The notes: a model not told the origin generated them from the sequence alone. A DNA stretch of 64,000 nucleotides from Candidatus Parcubacteria bacterium (GCA_963814275.1 CAWFCE010000002.1:426537-490536); one strand, 5' to 3'; shown: positions 8,398-17,900, counted from the stretch's first letter. A program made the numbers and translations.

Positions 8398-9243
8398 ATG
8401 TTAGGAAAATATGAAATATTATCGCGTACGATTGGCAGTATGGACAAGTATTGCGAGGGTATCTGGAACTGCCGGGATAACTGCTATCTGTTGGGTGTCC
8501 AGCTGGCAGCGGTTAAAACGGCGCGTAGATTCGGCCACAGCGGTTCCTCAAAACTGGATGAGATCAATAGTTTCGATTTGGCGGAAGTGGCGCGCGCCAA
8601 TTGCGGGCAGATCAATATGATTACGGTGTCGTCTTTTTGCGGGCCGAAAGGCTTGATCTGGGGTTATGATATTTTTCCCGGCGCCAAAATCCGCCATCCG
8701 TTAGACGGAAAATTCCAGGACCGTTATATATCGATATATGATATCATGGGCCTGGTGCGGGCGTTGGAAAAATTGCTGGGCCGGATCGAATCCCCGCATT
8801 TTCCGTTTTATCCCGGATCGCATATCCCTTGCGCCTCGAAAAATATAAGCGCCCACGGCCCGGCCATGATATATGCCGCCGAAGGACTGGCCGTACCGTA
8901 TGACCGTCAGCGAAACGCTTGTCTTTTGATGGAAGATATCGGGCACATACCCTTGTCGGTAAAGGACATCGATGATTATAAAATGATGATATTGAGCAAG
9001 CTGGTCAGCAGTATTTTACAAATCGGGATAAACCAAAGGGTCGATTACAAAGAAATATTCATCGGCCTGAATGCCGTATCCGTGGCAGCGGGGGAAGTAG
9101 GTTGCGCGATAGCCTTGTCACCCTACTTTAGCGTGGCTCGTGACGCCATACCGGGAGAGATCGATGCTTTTTCCATCAATATCGGCCAATGGGAATCACT
9201 AGTCTGTAATAAATTCATCGAAAAAAATGCAGCTATTCAATGA
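8398..9243 (+). CDS. pyruvoyl-dependent histidine decarboxylase family proenzyme (HdcA-like)
   Basis: It aligns by eye over its full length with Lactobacillus 30a HdcA as I remember that sequence. LDEINSFDLAEVARANCGQINMITVSSFCGPKGLIWGYDIF matches LDGIVSYDRAETKNAYIGQINMTTASSFTGVQGRVIGYDIL. The Ser-Ser self-cleavage site is encoded at 8629-8634. LLMEDIG matches MFVEDAG, and CAIALSPYFSVARDAIPGE matches NAITVAPYVSLPIDSIPGG. Confidence 0.8.
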   Translation: MLGKYEILSRTIGSMDKYCEGIWNCRDNCYLLGVQLAAVKTARRFGHSGSSKLDEINSFDLAEVARANCGQINMITVSSFCGPKGLIWGYDIFPGAKIRHPLDGKFQDRYISIYDIMGLVRALEKLLGRIESPHFPFYPGSHIPCASKNISAHGPAMIYAAEGLAVPYDRQRNACLLMEDIGHIPLSVKDIDDYKMMILSKLVSSILQIGINQRVDYKEIFIGLNAVSVAAGEVGCAIALSPYFSVARDAIPGEIDAFSINIGQWESLVCNKFIEKNAAIQ

Positions 9244-11383
9244 CCTGATCTATCTTATAACATTTGGGGCTTCTATTTTTTTTGCCTTGTTCGTATATCT
9301 TAAAAACAGGAAATCACCGGTGAATATATATTTTTCGATATACAGCTTCTCCATTATCGGCTGGCTGGCCTCGCTTTTCTTTTTTTATCGGGCAGAGGCA
9401 AGCAATGTTTTGCTGATCGGCCGCTTGAATTTCGCCGCTACGGAAATAATCGCATTTTTCGGATTTTATCTGGGCTATCATTTTCCGGCCTGTTCTTATC
9501 GTTTTAGCCGGAAAATCCACATAATGCTTTCTCTCTGGCTCTTGGTATTGGTCGGTTTGACCATTGGCACGAATCTGATCGATCAGGGGGAGATCATCGG
9601 CAAGGATGACATAGAAACCATATTCGGCAGGTTTTATTTTATATTCATAATCCATTTTCTGTTGTTTATATCCGGCATCTTCATATTGCCGCTGCTTAAA
9701 TACAAAAAAGCGAACCACCAGCGCCGGATGCAGATAAAATATCTGGCCCTCGGCACTTCCCTGTCGATCATATTTGCCGGCACTACCAACATCCTGCTGC
9801 CCTTTGCTTTCAATATTTACGATTTGCAGGCGATCGGTCCGCTGGGTTTGCTGCCCTTTTTCGGGTTCACTTCTTACGCGATCATCAGGCATAGTCTGCT
9901 GGATATAAAAATTGTCATCCAAAGAGGAATTATCTATTCTTTTTTGTTGGCGATTTTAACGGGAGTTTATGTAGTGATGATTTTCTTGCTGGGATTCTTT
10001 TTCCAGTATTCCACGGATGCGGCAATTATTCTGGCGGCCGGCATTTCGACAGTTTTGGGTATTTACGGAGCGCCGCGGCTGGAAAGATATTTCCAGAAAA
10101 AGACCGACAAGATATTTTTTAAAGATAAATACGATTACCGGCAGGCGATGTATGAGCTGAGCGAAGTCCTTAACCGTGAGCTGGAGATGAACCGGCTGCT
10201 CCGTGCTTTTACCGGAAGGTTGAAAGAAATAATCAAAGTCGAGTATGTTAATTTGTTATTGGTAAACGAGAATCTGGTTTGCGATTCCGGCGAGCTCAAA
10301 AGGACGGATGGCAAGATCAGCGATAACCTTAAAAAAATTATCGAAGAACGCGGCGAGATCATGTTGATCCACGACGAGATTCCCGATATTAAGCGGAATC
10401 TCCGTCTGACCGACAGATCGGAAGGATTGATAAAGGCATTGGATGAGGCGGAAAACCTCGGTAAACGTTTCCGTATCGCGGCTTCGGTGGCGATATTATC
10501 GAATAAACGCCTGATCGGCCTTTTGAACATGGGCAAGAAAATGTCGGGCGATTATTTCAACCAGGACGATATTAATCTGCTGAAAACCATGTCTTATCAG
10601 ATCGCCGTAGCCCTGGAAAAAGCCCGGCTATATGAAGCGGTTAAGGAATATTCCCAGGGACTGGAAAAGAAGGTGGAACAGCGAACCGCGGAACTTATGG
10701 GGCTGCAGATGGAGCAGAAGAAAATAATGGAGGAGATGGCGCATGGCCTGCAAACCCCGATCACTATCCTGAAGGGGGAGATCGGTGAAATCAGTCCCCA
10801 GATTCGCGACCATAAAAAAATAAGGCACATCGAGCGTTCGCTTGACCGGGTCTCGAAATTCATCTATGACCTGCTGCGCCTGTCCCGGCTGGAATCGGGA
10901 GGCCGGGAAGATGCCCGCGAAAAATTCGATCTGAGCGAACTGACCAAAGAACTGGTCGAATCGTACGAAATAATTGCCGCGGAACAGCAAGTCATAACCA
11001 AAAGCCGGATAGAGGATAAGCTGGTAATATGGGGCAAACGCTCGTCCGTCGAAGAAATGGTCAATAATCTGGTCAGTAACAGTATGAAGTATTTGAAAAA
11101 TACCGGCGAAAAAGCGATCGAAATCCGGCTTTATCACGCCAAGAAAGAAAAGGCCGCCATTCTGGAAGTAAGCGACAACGGCATCGGTATTCCGCGCCAG
11201 GAATTGCCGCGTATGTTTGAGCGTTTTCACCGGATTCGCAACGGCAATGGACAGTCTGAACGGGGCACCGGGTTAGGCTTGGCGATCTGCAAAGAGATCG
11301 CCGTCAAGCATGGCGGCAGCATTGCCGTGGACAGCCATGAAGGGGAATATACAAAGTTTAGAGTTAAGTTGCCGTTAGCGTAG
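9227..11383 (+). CDS. sensor histidine kinase (N-terminal 7TM region, GAF-like, HisKA, HATPase_c)
   Basis: 718 aa with multiple N-terminal TM helices. A GAF-like segment ends in SYQIAVALEKARLYE. The H-box is EEMAHGLQTPITILKGE, and the N/G boxes are NLVSNSMKY, DNGIGIP and GTGLGLAICKEI. The start overlaps the HDC-like gene by 17 nt. Confidence 0.9.
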   Translation: MQLFNDLIYLITFGASIFFALFVYLKNRKSPVNIYFSIYSFSIIGWLASLFFFYRAEASNVLLIGRLNFAATEIIAFFGFYLGYHFPACSYRFSRKIHIMLSLWLLVLVGLTIGTNLIDQGEIIGKDDIETIFGRFYFIFIIHFLLFISGIFILPLLKYKKANHQRRMQIKYLALGTSLSIIFAGTTNILLPFAFNIYDLQAIGPLGLLPFFGFTSYAIIRHSLLDIKIVIQRGIIYSFLLAILTGVYVVMIFLLGFFFQYSTDAAIILAAGISTVLGIYGAPRLERYFQKKTDKIFFKDKYDYRQAMYELSEVLNRELEMNRLLRAFTGRLKEIIKVEYVNLLLVNENLVCDSGELKRTDGKISDNLKKIIEERGEIMLIHDEIPDIKRNLRLTDRSEGLIKALDEAENLGKRFRIAASVAILSNKRLIGLLNMGKKMSGDYFNQDDINLLKTMSYQIAVALEKARLYEAVKEYSQGLEKKVEQRTAELMGLQMEQKKIMEEMAHGLQTPITILKGEIGEISPQIRDHKKIRHIERSLDRVSKFIYDLLRLSRLESGGREDAREKFDLSELTKELVESYEIIAAEQQVITKSRIEDKLVIWGKRSSVEEMVNNLVSNSMKYLKNTGEKAIEIRLYHAKKEKAAILEVSDNGIGIPRQELPRMFERFHRIRNGNGQSERGTGLGLAICKEIAVKHGGSIAVDSHEGEYTKFRVKLPLA

Positions 11384-11608
11384 AGTGGAACAAACAATAA
11401 AAAAGTGGTATAATAATATAAGTAAATCCCGTATAAATAGTATAGCACCGTTTATCGGGCGTGATAGACGCCATACGTGACAACCCATTGTATTTCCGAT
11501 TTTCCTGAAAATATTCTGTTTCGGGGGTTAATTAGATTATTAACTATAATTCCCATGCGAGCAAAACAAGGGGGACAATTTGCTTATTTTTGTAATGGTT
11601 GATATTTT

Positions 11609-11634
11609 TCGGCTTGAATTAGCCGATTTTTTTT
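11609..11634 (+). terminator. rho-independent terminator
   Basis: TCGGCT (11609-11614), TGAATT loop, AGCCGA (11621-11626), then T8 (11627-11634). Confidence 0.6.
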
Positions 11635-11720
11635 GTTTTAGAATAATTTTAGAATAAAACAAGATTTGACGTTAAATCAATAGTTTCGGGAAAAAACATC
11701 GGAAAAATTTTATAATTACT

Positions 11721-13049
11721 ATGCCAAAACACGATCAAAAAGAAGCCGCCGCTACAGAACGCCAAGCGAATTTCGTCAGCCAGCCGCCTGTAATGCCTGA
11801 AAAAAGCAGGAAAGAAGTGGAAGACAATGAAGAGCGGTTGAAAATATTGTTCGAAAATGCCCCAGATGCTATTTATCTGAGCGATATGAAAGGGACATTC
11901 CTCGACGGCAACAGAAAGGCAGAAGAATTGGCGGGATATAAACGCGGGGAGCTGATTGGAAAGAGCTTTTTGAAGCTGAATTTGCTTATGCCCGGAGATA
12001 TTCCCCGGGCGGCCAAATCCCTGGCAAAAGCCATATTGGGCCAGGCAACCGGGCCGGAAGAATATACCGTGCGCCGTAAAGACGGCGCAACAGTAATTGT
12101 GGAAATAAAGAATTATCCCGTAAAAATAAAAAATAAAACGGTGATCATGGGTATTGCCCGTGATATTTCAGAGCGGAAAAAGGCGGCGGAAAAAATAAAA
12201 ACTTATCTTGATATCGCGGGCGTGATCATAGTCGCGCTCGGTATAGACGGTACCGTAAACTTAATCAACAAAAAAGGCCGCGATATCCTGGGTTACAGGA
12301 AGAAAGAGATAATCGGAAAAAATTGGTTCGAACTCGTGATCTCGCGAAAAGATAGGGCAAATATTATCAAAGTACATAAAGAAAATTTGCTGATTGAGAA
12401 TAATGAAGTAGTAATAGAGAATAATATCGTCACCAAAAGCGGAAATGAACGAATTATCGCCTGGCACAATACCCGCCTGGTAGATGATGGCGGCAAAGTT
12501 ATCGGTACGCTTAGCTCGGGCGAGGATATTACGGAAAAGAAAGAAATTGAAAATAAATTGCATGAAAGCAATGAGATGCTTCAGAGAATAATCAATCTGC
12601 TGCCAACAAGAATTTTTTGGAAAGATAAAAATCTGAACTATCTGGGGTGTAATCAAATTTTTGCGGAGGATGCCGGGAAGACATCGACAGACGAAGTCAT
12701 CGGAAGAACTGATTATCAAATGGGATGGAAAGAACAGGCGGAACTTTACAGATCAGATGATCTCTCGGTGATTAAAAGCGGTAAATCAAAAATTGATTAT
12801 ATTGAGCCGCAAACAAGCTCTGACGGCAAGCGGATATGGCTGCAAACCACAAAATTGCCATTAACCAATAAAAATGGTGAATTAGAAGGAATATTAGGCG
12901 CTTATTTAGATATTACAAAAACAAAAAAGATCGAAGAGGAACTCCGAAAGCGAAATTTGGAATTGGAGAAAGCCAATAAATTGATGGTGGGGCGGGAGAT
13001 GAGGATGATCGAACTCAAGAAGCGTATCAGGGAATTAGAGAATAAATAG
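11721..13049 (+). CDS. triple-PAS sensor protein with C-terminal coiled coil and no catalytic output domain
   Basis: 442 aa with three PAS-like segments (EERLKILFENAPDAIYLSD..., TYLDIAGVIIVALGIDG..., MLQRIINLLPTRIFWKDKN...). It ends in ELEKANKLMVGREMRMIELKKRIRELENK. Confidence 0.8.
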   Translation: MPKHDQKEAAATERQANFVSQPPVMPEKSRKEVEDNEERLKILFENAPDAIYLSDMKGTFLDGNRKAEELAGYKRGELIGKSFLKLNLLMPGDIPRAAKSLAKAILGQATGPEEYTVRRKDGATVIVEIKNYPVKIKNKTVIMGIARDISERKKAAEKIKTYLDIAGVIIVALGIDGTVNLINKKGRDILGYRKKEIIGKNWFELVISRKDRANIIKVHKENLLIENNEVVIENNIVTKSGNERIIAWHNTRLVDDGGKVIGTLSSGEDITEKKEIENKLHESNEMLQRIINLLPTRIFWKDKNLNYLGCNQIFAEDAGKTSTDEVIGRTDYQMGWKEQAELYRSDDLSVIKSGKSKIDYIEPQTSSDGKRIWLQTTKLPLTNKNGELEGILGAYLDITKTKKIEEELRKRNLELEKANKLMVGREMRMIELKKRIRELENK

Positions 13050-13592
13050 ATGGTTATTTATTTTACCGTTATTATCGGAATATTGTTGATGATCTATGCG
13101 ATTTGGCTCTGGAAAAAGCTATATTCCGAGATTAGGGACAGCAAGGCCCGCCGGCTCTGGCTTATAATATTGGCGTTGATCTGTTTTTTTCTTTTCGGAT
13201 ATATTATTTATTTTTTAATACGGCTCCTGGACTATGACGCAATATCGGATATTTTGGTCGGTTTTATTATGCTTTTTGGGGCAATGTTTGTTGTGCTTAT
13301 TCTGAAATTGAATTTCCGAAGCACCGTTATGCTTAATTCATATGTGCGGAAGTTAGAAGGAGAAACCAAAAGAACCAATGAAATCAATGACCGGCTCAAA
13401 AAGAACGAAAAAGAATTAAAGGGATTGAAAAACGAAATAGAACAGAGAAATATTGAACTTCTGGAAACAATGGATGACTTTTATACAATGCGTATTAGCC
13501 TGCAGGAAGAAATGAAAACAGGTACGATCGAAAAAGAAAATATAAAAATAAAAAAGCGGCTGGATAGCCTGAAAAATAATCAAAATAAATGA
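13050..13592 (+). CDS. small membrane protein (3 predicted TM helices) with cytoplasmic coiled coil
   Basis: 180 aa. The ATG directly abuts the upstream TAG (13047-13049). The N-half is hydrophobic and the C-half is heptad-rich and charged. No family was recognised. Confidence 0.6.
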   Translation: MVIYFTVIIGILLMIYAIWLWKKLYSEIRDSKARRLWLIILALICFFLFGYIIYFLIRLLDYDAISDILVGFIMLFGAMFVVLILKLNFRSTVMLNSYVRKLEGETKRTNEINDRLKKNEKELKGLKNEIEQRNIELLETMDDFYTMRISLQEEMKTGTIEKENIKIKKRLDSLKNNQNK

Positions 13593-16579
13593 ATATCTTC
13601 AAGGACAAGCTGATAATATCCCTTTACGTTGCGGTAATACTGGTTTTGCCGCTTAACTTCGTATTGGCTGAAAACGAGGTTGATTTGATTAGTCCGGATG
13701 CAAATGTGATAACAATAAAGTCGGCTTCCGAATATGATTATCCGCCTTTTTCGGTCGTTGACGGAAATGGGCAGGCAGATGGATTTTCGATTGAATTGCT
13801 AAAAGCCGCGCTAGGCGCAGTTGGCTGGGAAGTCGAATTTTATACCGGGACCTGGGACCAGATCAAGGACGATCTGGCCAACGGCCGGATACAGGTATTG
13901 CCATTGGTCGGCCGGACGCCGGAACGGGAGGCAATTTTCGATTTTACCGTACCCTATATTACTCTTTACGGCGCGATTTTCGTACGTTCCGGAGAAACCG
14001 GGATCAATTCGGTTGCCGATTTGCAGGGCAAACAGATCGTGGTAATGGCCGGTGATAATGCCGAAGAATACGTGCGGCGCGAAAATCTGTCAGATAGTAT
14101 AATAACCACCAATACGTTCGAAGAGGCATTTAAACTCCTTTCGGCTGGACAATATGATGCTGTTGTTACTCAAAAAGTGATTGGTTCGCGCTTGCTGGCA
14201 ATGGCCGGAATAGAAAACATAGTGGTGGCCGCCCAGCTGGACGATTTCCGGCAGGATTTTACTTTTGCCGTGAAAGACGGCGATCGGGAAATGCTGAGCT
14301 TGCTCAATGAAGGCCTTTCAAAAATTATCGCCAACGGCACTTTTGATACGATATACGATAAATGGCTTGTCCAGGGCTTGCCCGCCGAGGAGGATAGATA
14401 TGGTTATAGTGAAATGTTTCCGAGCGACCCCGTTACCAGGGCGAAATTAATTTTCGAATATGACCGCAGCCTGACTGACTCGAGCTATAATTACATTTTG
14501 ACCGGTGATGTTTATTGGAAAAATAATTATGATGAAATTGGTAAAAAATTGGATATTTTGATAAAGGCGGCCAAGGACGAAGCAAAAACCGACGAGCTGA
14601 AAAATTTGTTTGCCGAATTGAATGACACCAACCTCAAGCTAGTGCAGATAGAACTCAAGGCCCATGAATTGGTAAAAGAAGACAAAAAAGACGAAGCAAA
14701 AGCGACAATCGACAGCCAGGAATACAAAAACTGGAAAGTGGCATATGCCAATCTGATCAATAATTATTTTAAGATATTGGGAGTGGCAATACCAGAGGAT
14801 TCTTTGTCGTATACTTTTGCCAAGGACATGATCAGGCAAAAAGCCGAAGACGTGGCGAGGCAGATCGAAATATATCTGGAAGCCCATCCGGAAATGACGG
14901 TAAAGGATCTACAAACAGATCCCGAATTCCAGGAGTTGGCCGTGCAAAAGATCGGCCAAACCGGCTATACATTCGTCTATGACTACGATACCATGATCAA
15001 TTTATTCGATGAGAAGCCGGAGTTTGTCGGGTTGGATTATACCACCCTGAAAGACGAGCCGAGGCGGGAAGAATGGTGGGCAATAACCGAACCGACCAGA
15101 TATGGCCGGCAGGACGCGGCAGGTACTTATCAATGGCAGGATCCGGACGGTGTCTTCCGGGATAAATACAAATACACCAGGATAATACAGGTTAAAACGG
15201 CGGACGGGGTCGGATTGGCATTGGCGGCGTCAACATATCTGGATGAATATGAGAATAGTCCGAACGTAGAGGATAAATCAGCCGAGACGGATTCAAGCAC
15301 CACTACCGCGCAGGTGAATAACGCGGGCTTTGGGCGGCTGACCATATTGGTTTATTGGATCGGCGGCATATTAATTTTGCTTTTTTTGTTTATCTTTATC
15401 TTAAATCAATTTAAGATAATTTATTTTGAACGCAAAAAGATTCTTTATATTTTAATATTAGCCTTGGTTGTAATGATCGGTTTATTCGCACTGAATACTT
15501 ATCAGACGACCGAGACAATGAAAAGAGACAGGATCAATTTTGTGGTTGATCGGATGTCCATGGTAGCCGTGTCACGAAAAAATTTCATACAATTTTTTAT
15601 TGATGAACAAAAAGAAAAGATACATATAGCGGCCACGCAACAGGATCTGACCGATGACGAATTGAAAGAATTGCTCGGATTGAATGATGAATTAGAAGAA
15701 GTGTTCGTAATGGATTCCGCGGGAATAGTGACTAGTTCTTCCGATCAGTCGTCCATCGGTTCCGATCGGTCGGCTTATGATTATTTTATAGAAGGCAAAA
15801 AGGCAGTATATATCAAACCGGTGTTTTATTACAGTCCGTCGGGAAAGGCCGAGATCTATGTGTCTACACCGTTTCATGGGGGTGTATTGGCAACAAGGTT
15901 GAATACCGAACCGCTTAACGAAATTGTCGCTGATTTTACCGGGTTGGGCGGAAGCGGCGAGAGTTTGCTGGCATTTCGCAATGATGACGGGGATGCAGTA
16001 TTTTTTACCGATCGAAGATTCAGCGATGAAGCGACCACGGAAGACGAAATAATACCGAAAGAAAACGAGGCAATACCGATTACGCAGGCATTGCTCAAAA
16101 ATGAAAAAGTTTATATGGATTTTAAAGATTATCGCAATGTGCCGGTAATCGCCGTAACCGGCTACATCGACAATTTGGATATCGGTTTGGTGGCCAAGAT
16201 GGATACGGAAGAGGCATTGGCGCCGGTAATCAATACGATCAATAAAATTTGGCAGTTCACTGTCGGCATCATTTTATCGATTATTATAATCGGGATAATT
16301 TTCGTATATTTGTTAACCAACTCTCTCAAGAAGGAAGTTGAAATTAAGACCCGCGAGATAAGGAATAACACCGCAAAGATCAAAGAACAGCTGCAAAAAG
16401 TAGCAACGGCCGGCCGCATCCAGGAGCAGCTTATTAAGGAACAAAAATTGTCAAAAAAAGAGCTTGAAAATAAAATCGACGAGTTGGAAAAATTCCAAAA
16501 ATTGACAATCGACCGGGAGCTTAAGATGATCGAATTGAAGAAAAAAATTAAAGACCTCGGAAAGAACAGCCAGTCCTGA
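13589..16579 (+). CDS. membrane sensor with SBP_bac_3 (amino-acid-binding-like) domain, Cache-like domains, TM helices and a coiled-coil tail, without an output domain
   Basis: 996 aa with an ATGA overlap onto the upstream gene. The SBP3 pattern is present (EYDYPPFSVVD..GFSIELLKAA...TPEREAIFDFTVPY...YDAVVTQKVIG...FAVKDGDREMLSLLNEGL). A later Cache-like region sits between TM helices. The tail is ELEKFQKLTIDRELKMIELKKKIKDLGKN. Confidence 0.8.
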   Translation: MNIFKDKLIISLYVAVILVLPLNFVLAENEVDLISPDANVITIKSASEYDYPPFSVVDGNGQADGFSIELLKAALGAVGWEVEFYTGTWDQIKDDLANGRIQVLPLVGRTPEREAIFDFTVPYITLYGAIFVRSGETGINSVADLQGKQIVVMAGDNAEEYVRRENLSDSIITTNTFEEAFKLLSAGQYDAVVTQKVIGSRLLAMAGIENIVVAAQLDDFRQDFTFAVKDGDREMLSLLNEGLSKIIANGTFDTIYDKWLVQGLPAEEDRYGYSEMFPSDPVTRAKLIFEYDRSLTDSSYNYILTGDVYWKNNYDEIGKKLDILIKAAKDEAKTDELKNLFAELNDTNLKLVQIELKAHELVKEDKKDEAKATIDSQEYKNWKVAYANLINNYFKILGVAIPEDSLSYTFAKDMIRQKAEDVARQIEIYLEAHPEMTVKDLQTDPEFQELAVQKIGQTGYTFVYDYDTMINLFDEKPEFVGLDYTTLKDEPRREEWWAITEPTRYGRQDAAGTYQWQDPDGVFRDKYKYTRIIQVKTADGVGLALAASTYLDEYENSPNVEDKSAETDSSTTTAQVNNAGFGRLTILVYWIGGILILLFLFIFILNQFKIIYFERKKILYILILALVVMIGLFALNTYQTTETMKRDRINFVVDRMSMVAVSRKNFIQFFIDEQKEKIHIAATQQDLTDDELKELLGLNDELEEVFVMDSAGIVTSSSDQSSIGSDRSAYDYFIEGKKAVYIKPVFYYSPSGKAEIYVSTPFHGGVLATRLNTEPLNEIVADFTGLGGSGESLLAFRNDDGDAVFFTDRRFSDEATTEDEIIPKENEAIPITQALLKNEKVYMDFKDYRNVPVIAVTGYIDNLDIGLVAKMDTEEALAPVINTINKIWQFTVGIILSIIIIGIIFVYLLTNSLKKEVEIKTREIRNNTAKIKEQLQKVATAGRIQEQLIKEQKLSKKELENKIDELEKFQKLTIDRELKMIELKKKIKDLGKNSQS

Positions 16580-16660
16580 ATCATAAATTACGCACATAAA
16601 TAATTAAAGTTACCTTTGCGCGTCGGCTGGACCGGCTCAAGCGTAAAGCGTTTTAAAATT

Positions 16661-17803
16661 ATGCAAGTTGAACAAAAAAAATGGACCGTCGATACCGGCT
16701 GGACCGATATCACATCGAATAAGCTTAAAGAAAAGCCGCAGCTAGTGCTGGTTTTTGGAGGAACCGCGGCCCTGAAAGTAAAGAAAAATTATGAATATTT
16801 AAAGTCATTATATCCGGGCTCCAATATTATAGCCTGTTCCACGGCCGGCGAAATTATCGGGACGGAAGTATTGGACAACTCTATAGTATCGACGGCTGTT
16901 TATTTTTCGAATACAAGATTAAAATTCGCCCAAGTCGAAATAAAAGCCAGCACGGATAGTATTAAATGCGGAAAAGAATTAGCCGGAACTTTCGATCAAG
17001 ACGGATTGGTGCATGTGATGGTGTTTTCCGACGGCCTGTTGGTCAACGGTACGGATCTAGTCGACGGACTCGAGCAGGTCTTGCCGAAAAGCGTGTCGGT
17101 TACGGGCGGTCTGGTCGGCGACGGTGCTGATTTCAAGGAAACCTTGACGGGTTTTAACGAGTTGCCCGCAAGCGGGCGGATCGTGGCCGTCGGGTTTTAC
17201 GGTAGTAAAATCAGGATCGGCTACGGTTCGCTCGGCGGCTGGGATGCTTTCGGGTTGGAACGCACGATAACAAAATCAGCCAAAAACGTATTATACGAAC
17301 TTGACGGGAAACCGGCCCTGGCATTATACAAGGAATATTTAGGCGATAAAGCCGCCGGTTTGCCAAGCACCGCTCTGTTGTTTCCCCTGCGGGTAAAGCT
17401 CGATACTCCGAATGGAGTGGTCGAGGTTGTCAGGACAATTCTGGCAGTAGATGAAAAAGAACAGAGTATGACTTTTGCCGGCGATATGCCCGAAGGCTCC
17501 GCGGCCGCCTTGATGAAAGCCAACCCGGAGATGCTGATCAGCGGAGCTGAGGGAGCCGCGAAGGAAAGCAAGAGCATTATTGATTTATCCCCCGATCTGG
17601 CGATATTGGTAAGCTGTATCGGCCGCAAACTGGTGCTAAAAGAGCGAACCGAAGAAGAGCTCGAAGCCGTGCGCGGCATATTCGGAGAAAATACCGCTCT
17701 TGCCGGCTTTTATTCATACGGCGAGATTTGTCCGATCAAGGCGGCCGAAAAGCAATGCCAGTTGCATAACCAAACGATGACGATTACGATTTTTAAAGAG
17801 TAA
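16661..17803 (+). CDS. FIST-domain sensor protein (FIST_N + FIST_C)
   Basis: I prefer ATG at 16661; the track start at 16616 is a TTG. Supporting motifs are PQLVLVFGG...GSNIIACSTAGEI, LDGKPALALYKEYLG and DLAILVSCIGRKLVL...FYSYGEICP. Confidence 0.85.
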   Translation: MQVEQKKWTVDTGWTDITSNKLKEKPQLVLVFGGTAALKVKKNYEYLKSLYPGSNIIACSTAGEIIGTEVLDNSIVSTAVYFSNTRLKFAQVEIKASTDSIKCGKELAGTFDQDGLVHVMVFSDGLLVNGTDLVDGLEQVLPKSVSVTGGLVGDGADFKETLTGFNELPASGRIVAVGFYGSKIRIGYGSLGGWDAFGLERTITKSAKNVLYELDGKPALALYKEYLGDKAAGLPSTALLFPLRVKLDTPNGVVEVVRTILAVDEKEQSMTFAGDMPEGSAAALMKANPEMLISGAEGAAKESKSIIDLSPDLAILVSCIGRKLVLKERTEEELEAVRGIFGENTALAGFYSYGEICPIKAAEKQCQLHNQTMTITIFKE

Positions 17804-17900
17804 AATTTATAGCCATATTTAACAGAAAAAACAAGATTAATTATAATTGGCAGTTGCCGTCATCCGGGCCGGGCAATTACGGTTGGTGAAATTTTTAAAT

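Noticed and set aside
11227-11448. 73-aa minus-strand ORF spanning the kinase 3' end
   Set aside because: It overlaps the HATPase_c coding region in antisense. Its Tyr/Leu-rich sequence derives from the AT-rich spacer, and it has no supporting signals.
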